From Candidatus Coprovivens sp. (GTDB taxonomy: Bacteria; Bacillota_I; Bacilli_A; RF39; UBA660): DNA of 61,477 bases. Both the position numbers and the translations under genes were made by a program. A model generated the notes under the pieces. It was not told the DNA's origin, ran no database searches, and saw nothing but the letters and a program-made list of their open reading frames with translations. Shown here piece after piece: positions 56,963 through 61,477 of the stretch. Location of the stretch: NCBI GenBank assembly GCA_045654965.1, contig JAZOOK010000082.1, forward strand, positions 1-61,477, in the 5' to 3' direction. Positions within the stretch are counted from its first letter, which is position 1. Each line of letters begins with the position of its first letter.

Positions 56963-57748
56963 TTATTTGGTGTTGTTGTTCAACTCGTCAACAAATGCAG
57001 TTGCCCATAATTTCAGACTTTCTCCATAAGCATGAGGTATATCTTTGTTTCCTATAGTACAACTACTAACATCACAACCATTATTAAGAAGTCTTTGTTG
57101 TAGATTTAATCCTTCTTTAGCAAAAGTAGGAGCTAAAGCTAAAGCCATTTGAAATATTCTATCATTTCTAAATTTACTATTTTTTATTTTATTGTATGTA
57201 TCACAAGCTTGTTCACTAGCTTTATAACTAATATCTCCAAAAGTAGTTTTACACACTTCATCAAATAAATCTTCGCTTATATCTTCTGATTTATTATTTT
57301 TATTTTCTTTCATAGTTTCTACTGTAGATTTATCTTGTATTGTAGGAATATTATCTTCAGGACTTCCAATTTTATAAAAAATATCTTCAACTTCTATTAT
57401 ATTATAATCATCAAGATAATATAGAAGACGATTACAATCAGAATGCCAACGTATATTAAGTATTGTTTGGGTTTCAAGTAAATTGTTGTATATATAAGTA
57501 ACTCTATCATTAATTTTATAAGGATATTTTTCAAGAAATTCTTCAAGAGTAAAATAAGTAAAATATATGGGTGATTTATCTAATTTATATTTAGCTTTAC
57601 CTAAAATTTTATGGTCTGTAATGCTTATTAAATAATATACATCAGATGCTCCATTTAAATTATTTAAATTCTTACCACCTAACATTTCAAGTATTTCAAT
57701 TACTTCTTTACCTCTTGTTGGATGTCCTTTAATTGCTAATTCTGCCAT
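56963..57748 (-). CDS. hypothetical protein (261 aa)
   Basis: Last gene of the convergent minus-strand string. A minus-strand hairpin with a T-run lies downstream of its stop. Confidence 0.55.
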   Translation of the reverse strand: MAELAIKGHPTRGKEVIEILEMLGGKNLNNLNGASDVYYLISITDHKILGKAKYKLDKSPIYFTYFTLEEFLEKYPYKINDRVTYIYNNLLETQTILNIRWHSDCNRLLYYLDDYNIIEVEDIFYKIGSPEDNIPTIQDKSTVETMKENKNNKSEDISEDLFDEVCKTTFGDISYKASEQACDTYNKIKNSKFRNDRIFQMALALAPTFAKEGLNLQQRLLNNGCDVSSCTIGNKDIPHAYGESLKLWATAFVDELNNNTK

Positions 57749-57754
57749 AGATAT

Positions 57755-58246
57755 TTATTTATTTGAAGTTGTTGGTATATTCTCATTTACACCTATTCTA
57801 AACAATCTATCATCTATTATTGATGTAATGCAATCCATTATCTTATCATATATTTCCTGACTATTACCAAAGTCATAATCATTTATGGCTGCTGTAACTT
57901 TTTCTCTAATAAGATTTTCTGAATCTTTTATTGCTTGTGTTAGAATCTCATATCCAACAGAAGCTTTTCTCTCCCATGCATTTGCTTTTCTAAATAACTC
58001 ATATTTTATAGTATAATCATTTTCCAATAATTCTATAACTTTATTTCTAATAAGAGTTTCAGCATCTTTATTAATACATTCAGATATTTGTTTAAATAAA
58101 AACTCATAAGATAAGTTTGAAATTAAGGTATCCATACAAGCTTCATTTTTATATGTATTATAAAGTAAATCTCTAATTGCATTTTTACATTCTTCTTTGA
58201 TTTCTTCTTTTGAAAGATAATCATTAATATTAATTTCTATAGTCAT
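57755..58246 (-). CDS. hypothetical protein (163 aa)
   Basis: ATG ORF 6 nt upstream of the next minus-strand gene. The protein is helical and acidic. Confidence 0.5.
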   Translation of the reverse strand: MTIEININDYLSKEEIKEECKNAIRDLLYNTYKNEACMDTLISNLSYEFLFKQISECINKDAETLIRNKVIELLENDYTIKYELFRKANAWERKASVGYEILTQAIKDSENLIREKVTAAINDYDFGNSQEIYDKIMDCITSIIDDRLFRIGVNENIPTTSNK

Positions 58247-58294
58247 AGTTTTATAAGTTTTATTTATTTTACTACTAATTTTATTATATTACTT

Positions 58295-58804
58295 TTATAT
58301 TCCTGCAATAAAATCCTTAATATCCATATAATCAAAACCTGCATTTTCAGCAGTCTTTTTATCACTGTCTGAAAATTGACCTTCTTTACCAGAAGCATCT
58401 CCAATCATAAGAATATTATCTGTACAAATACCATTTTCGATGATTCCTCGTTTAATCATTTCACGAATTAAAGAATCAATCATTCCTATATTTGGTTTAC
58501 GATATTTATTATCTTTATCATTTGAAGTACAATAAGAATATTCAACTTCAACACCTGTATATTCTTTAATACTTCTACAAATATATTCCATTTTATATTG
58601 AAAATTTCGTTCATTAACAAAATTTCTTTCAATACCACCTTGATTAGAAACTATTAATAAGCATTTAGGATTAATTTTTTTAATAGTATTTAAAGCACCA
58701 AAGCTAAATTTCATATCCCAAATACCTTTAGGAAATGTTTCTCCACTAATAGTATTTATTAAAGTACCATCAAGGTCTGCAAATATAACTTCATACTGTT
58801 TCAT
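58295..58804 (-). CDS. HAD-superfamily (subfamily IIIA, GmhB / polynucleotide 3'-phosphatase-like) phosphatase
   Basis: Motif I is FADLDGTL, motif II is IVSNQGGI, motif III is YRKPNIGM and motif IV is IGDASGKEGQFSDSD. Confidence 0.65.
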   Translation of the reverse strand: MKQYEVIFADLDGTLINTISGETFPKGIWDMKFSFGALNTIKKINPKCLLIVSNQGGIERNFVNERNFQYKMEYICRSIKEYTGVEVEYSYCTSNDKDNKYRKPNIGMIDSLIREMIKRGIIENGICTDNILMIGDASGKEGQFSDSDKKTAENAGFDYMDIKDFIAGI

Positions 58805-58806
58805 AT

Positions 58807-59118
58807 TTATTCCTCCATTGCTTTTTTAAATTCTTCAATATCTACTACTGCACAATCTTCCAACCACTCACAAGCCTTTTCAAGAAAAGTATCATATAAT
58901 ACAGCTTTTCTGTTTAATTCATCTAAACAAGATACTTTAACTGTATGATATTCTTTATCATTATAAAGATTTGGATGTTCATCTGCCCACTTAGCACCAC
59001 ATTCAAATCCAATCGTGAAATCATATTCATCGTTGCAAATATAATCTTCATCTACATCTTTGCCTATATTCGTGCTAATTGTGTTTGCTATCTTATGTAT
59101 TTCTTCTTCTCGTGTCAT
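58807..59118 (-). CDS. hypothetical acidic protein (103 aa)
   Basis: ATG ORF with 2-3 nt gaps to both neighbours. Confidence 0.5.
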   Translation of the reverse strand: MTREEEIHKIANTISTNIGKDVDEDYICNDEYDFTIGFECGAKWADEHPNLYNDKEYHTVKVSCLDELNRKAVLYDTFLEKACEWLEDCAVVDIEEFKKAMEE

Positions 59119-59121
59119 ATC

Positions 59122-60021
59122 TTACCAATTTTTATAATATTCGGAACAATCATCTTTTTTATTAAGAAGATGTTCGTTACCTTCGTATGGAATACAGCAT
59201 CTCCACCTTTCACCACCAACTATCCTATATAAATACGCACTATTATCATTACATATACCTCCAAAGAAACATGGAAACCAAACTTCATTGATATTATCTC
59301 TAACAAGTACTTTACTTTCAAAAGGAACTAAAGTAGTAATGTCAAATTTAGTTGGAACTAATTCCCAATCATTTTGTTTGATAAATGGAATACTACCTAT
59401 TGTTTTGGTAATTATAGATTCATATTCATAACATTCATTTTCCAGATTAACTTTAGTAATTTCTACCTCATATCCGTTGTCTTGAATTATAGCACCTACT
59501 TTAAATTTTGGTTCTATCAATTTTTCCAATATTTTTATTTCTTCATTCCATTTATAACCTTTTTTATTAATAGCATCAAATAATTTTTCCTTCTCTTTAG
59601 ATGTAGCAAGTCTACAACCTTTAATAGATGTCCAATTATCACTATTAAAAATAAGTTCTCCGTAACAATTTATAGCACAATAACATTCTGCGTTACCAAA
59701 ATTATTAAGATGTTTAAATATAAAAGGATTACCTTCACAACCCTCTAACCCACTAGTTAATATATCTCCATCCTTAAAAGGTTTTTGGAATGTACTCCAA
59801 TCTCTGTTATCTTTTGATGGAAATAATAGACATTCTGCATCTATAGCTCTTGTATAAGTGCCATCTTTAGCAAAAGAATAAACACCGGTTTTGTTAGAAA
59901 CTTTAATTATAGAATCTGCAAACTGAACATAATTAAAATTACATTTACCACAAACAGGACTATACAATTCCATTCCTCTTGGAGCATCTTTAAGAAGCTC
60001 TGCTATATTAATATTTTCCAT
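59122..60021 (-). CDS. hypothetical Cys-rich protein (299 aa)
   Basis: ATG ORF that overlaps the upstream gene by 14 nt. Confidence 0.5.
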   Translation of the reverse strand: MENINIAELLKDAPRGMELYSPVCGKCNFNYVQFADSIIKVSNKTGVYSFAKDGTYTRAIDAECLLFPSKDNRDWSTFQKPFKDGDILTSGLEGCEGNPFIFKHLNNFGNAECYCAINCYGELIFNSDNWTSIKGCRLATSKEKEKLFDAINKKGYKWNEEIKILEKLIEPKFKVGAIIQDNGYEVEITKVNLENECYEYESIITKTIGSIPFIKQNDWELVPTKFDITTLVPFESKVLVRDNINEVWFPCFFGGICNDNSAYLYRIVGGERWRCCIPYEGNEHLLNKKDDCSEYYKNW

Positions 60022-60586
60022 AATTTATAATTTCTTTTACTTTTTGAATTATATTATTTTCAACTTCTTGAATATTTGTTTGAATATTATTAACGCAATG
60101 TTGAATAGAATTAACACTATTTATATTAGATAATATTCTTGCATTAACGTATATACTACATAGTTCAGCAATAATATCTATTAAGACTTCTTTATCACAA
60201 TTCTTTAATTTATCTTTAAGAGTTTGTTTAATATCTTCTTGTTTCATTGTAGTTTCTTCATTAATTAGACTTTTAGTAATATAATTTATATTTATAATTT
60301 TTTCTAATGATTCTATTTTTGCAGGAAACCAAAAACAATCGTAATCAAGATAAACATAACGACCATTTAAATCTCCTTTACTAAATCCAAGAATTTCATG
60401 AGGACCGAATGTTACACCATAATCGTTTGTAAACATTACAGTATCCCCAATTTTTAAATCAAAAGGATTATTAGGTAAAACTTCTTCTAATGTATTAAAC
60501 ATTTCTATTTTACCATTTTTTACTCTTTCTATAAAACGCTTTTTAATATTACGTTCTAAATAAGGTTCTTTATTATATTCTGTCAT
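60008..60586 (-). CDS. hypothetical protein (about 192 aa)
   Basis: I prefer the ATG at 60586 (MTEYNKEP...) to the TTG at 60616. Confidence 0.5.
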   Translation of the reverse strand: MTEYNKEPYLERNIKKRFIERVKNGKIEMFNTLEEVLPNNPFDLKIGDTVMFTNDYGVTFGPHEILGFSKGDLNGRYVYLDYDCFWFPAKIESLEKIININYITKSLINEETTMKQEDIKQTLKDKLKNCDKEVLIDIIAELCSIYVNARILSNINSVNSIQHCVNNIQTNIQEVENNIIQKVKEIINYGKY

Positions 60587-60669
60587 AATTTTAATATTTC
60601 CAAAATAATTTAACAAACCAATTAGCTTGCATCAAGCTACAAAATCTTCCATAATTATCGTTTTAAATA

Positions 60670-60882
60670 TTATAACAATATTCTCATATATTTCCATTTA
60701 CCACTTTTAGCCATTGTACTCCAACTCAATGTACAATTATCAAAAGTATATATTGTTGTACCATTAGATACAATTGTACCTATTTTAACAACACCTTTAT
60801 GTGGAAAAAATGATGTATCATAATTAGTCCAATAGTCACCTTCATCAATGATTGGATACCATTTATATAATTCTTCTTCCAT
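60670..60882 (-). CDS. hypothetical protein (70 aa)
   Basis: Short ATG ORF co-directional with its neighbours, W/Y-rich. Confidence 0.4.
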   Translation of the reverse strand: MEEELYKWYPIIDEGDYWTNYDTSFFPHKGVVKIGTIVSNGTTIYTFDNCTLSWSTMAKSGKWKYMRILL

Positions 60883-60921
60883 AATGTAGTTAAAGTTTAT
60901 ATGTTACACTATTATATAAAT

Positions 60922-61197
60922 TTAGTCAGTGTAACCATTTTCACTTATTACTCTTGGACTATCAACATTTGCTACAAGTTCTTGAATTTCAAACCAGTTG
61001 TCACGAGGGTAATACTCACTATCTATTTTTTTAATATCTTTAGTAAATTGATTTGTTTTATAATCAAACCAATCAATCATCCATTCATATATTTCATTAG
61101 CAGCAAATGTTTCAAATGCTTCATCTAAATTATTGGCAGCTACAATGATTAGTCCTCCACTATAACTGCCACTTCTTTTACAACCAAATACTTTCAT
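60922..61197 (-). CDS. hypothetical protein (91 aa)
   Basis: ATG ORF 1 nt downstream of the preceding minus-strand gene. The overlapping + ORF 60901-61128 was rejected. Confidence 0.45.
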   Translation of the reverse strand: MKVFGCKRSGSYSGGLIIVAANNLDEAFETFAANEIYEWMIDWFDYKTNQFTKDIKKIDSEYYPRDNWFEIQELVANVDSPRVISENGYTD

Positions 61198-61198
61198 A

Positions 61199-61429
61199 CT
61201 ATTTTATATTATTGTTATACCATTCATTATTACTTTTCCAATCTGCTTGATTAATATCATCATAATCAATTGTATCGCAAATTTGATTATCTTCGATAAT
61301 AATATAAGTAGGTTGTTTTATAATTTTACTAACCTGCATACTAACCTGCATTAATGCTTTTATCGATACTATGCACATTATTATAAACAACAACTTAAAT
61401 ATTATATCTATTATATCAATTCTTCGCAT
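61199..61429 (-). CDS. small membrane protein (76 aa)
   Basis: It has an N-terminal TM segment (IIFKLLFIIMCIVSIKAL) and contains a 12-bp tandem duplication. Confidence 0.45.
   Translation of the reverse strand: MRRIDIIDIIFKLLFIIMCIVSIKALMQVSMQVSKIIKQPTYIIIEDNQICDTIDYDDINQADWKSNNEWYNNNIK
61328..61351. repeat. 12-bp tandem repeat x2 (ACTAACCTGCAT)
   Basis: Two exact adjacent copies, which encode MQVS-MQVS on the minus strand. Confidence 0.9.
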
Positions 61430-61477
61430 GTTTTATCATTATGTATTATGTTATTATTATATAATTTAAAATCAATT

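Noticed and set aside
58945-61128. The + strand ORFs 58945-59232, 59374-59583 and 60901-61128 in the minus-strand module.
   Set aside because: They lie antisense to longer, tightly packed minus-strand ORFs, and their translations are I/F-rich wrong-frame artefacts.
1-61477. Stop-codon reassignment, self-splicing introns or inteins splitting the large genes, as reported for some crAss-like lineages.
   Set aside because: All large genes, including the 2781-aa and 4485-aa ORFs, are uninterrupted under the standard code. No recoding or intervening sequence is therefore needed to explain the window.
1-61477. Lysogeny or mobile-element features (integrase, att sites, transposase) and a diversity-generating retroelement.
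   Set aside because: I saw no ORF with recombinase, transposase or reverse-transcriptase motifs, and no long template/variable repeat pair. The Xis-like HTH alone is not evidence for integration.

Overview
The window is AT-rich and densely coding, and reads as the late (virion and lysis) region of a tailed phage. I interpret it as a crAss-like (Crassvirales-type) podophage, from gene order and motifs only; no homology search was possible. From 192 to 56737 about 38 genes lie on the + strand. In order they are: small unknown genes, a RecB-family PD-(D/E)XK nuclease, a lysis-like cassette, the large terminase, a small HExxH protein, the portal, an acidic scaffold-like protein, and a codon-optimised major capsid protein. 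These are followed by about 15 small or medium virion and membrane proteins, a block of large tail/cargo proteins, and two giant ORFs. The first giant ORF (2781 aa) carries HExxH, GNAT-like and ART-like modules. The second (4485 aa) carries a DFDID motif typical of crAss-type virion RNA polymerases. From 56963 to 61429 a convergent minus-strand module of small unknown genes includes a HAD-IIIA phosphatase, and hairpin terminators separate it from the + strand block. The most unusual signal is a GC-rich motif of about 17-23 nt, AACCCTTCTACGGGGGAGGT, present at least 11 times. It occurs in both orientations, in intergenic DNA and inside six CDSs, where it is read in three different frames. That points to a constraint on the DNA or RNA rather than on the protein. 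Two copies form a perfect 23-nt inverted repeat that brackets the whole ~54-kb late block. Other points of interest are an unannotated 52-aa very basic protein, an overlapped spanin-like gene pair, a BspA-like LRR protein, an Xis/AlpA-type HTH inside the structural block, and a 400-bp non-coding island after the portal gene. I recognised no tRNA, CRISPR array, integrase or stop-codon recoding.
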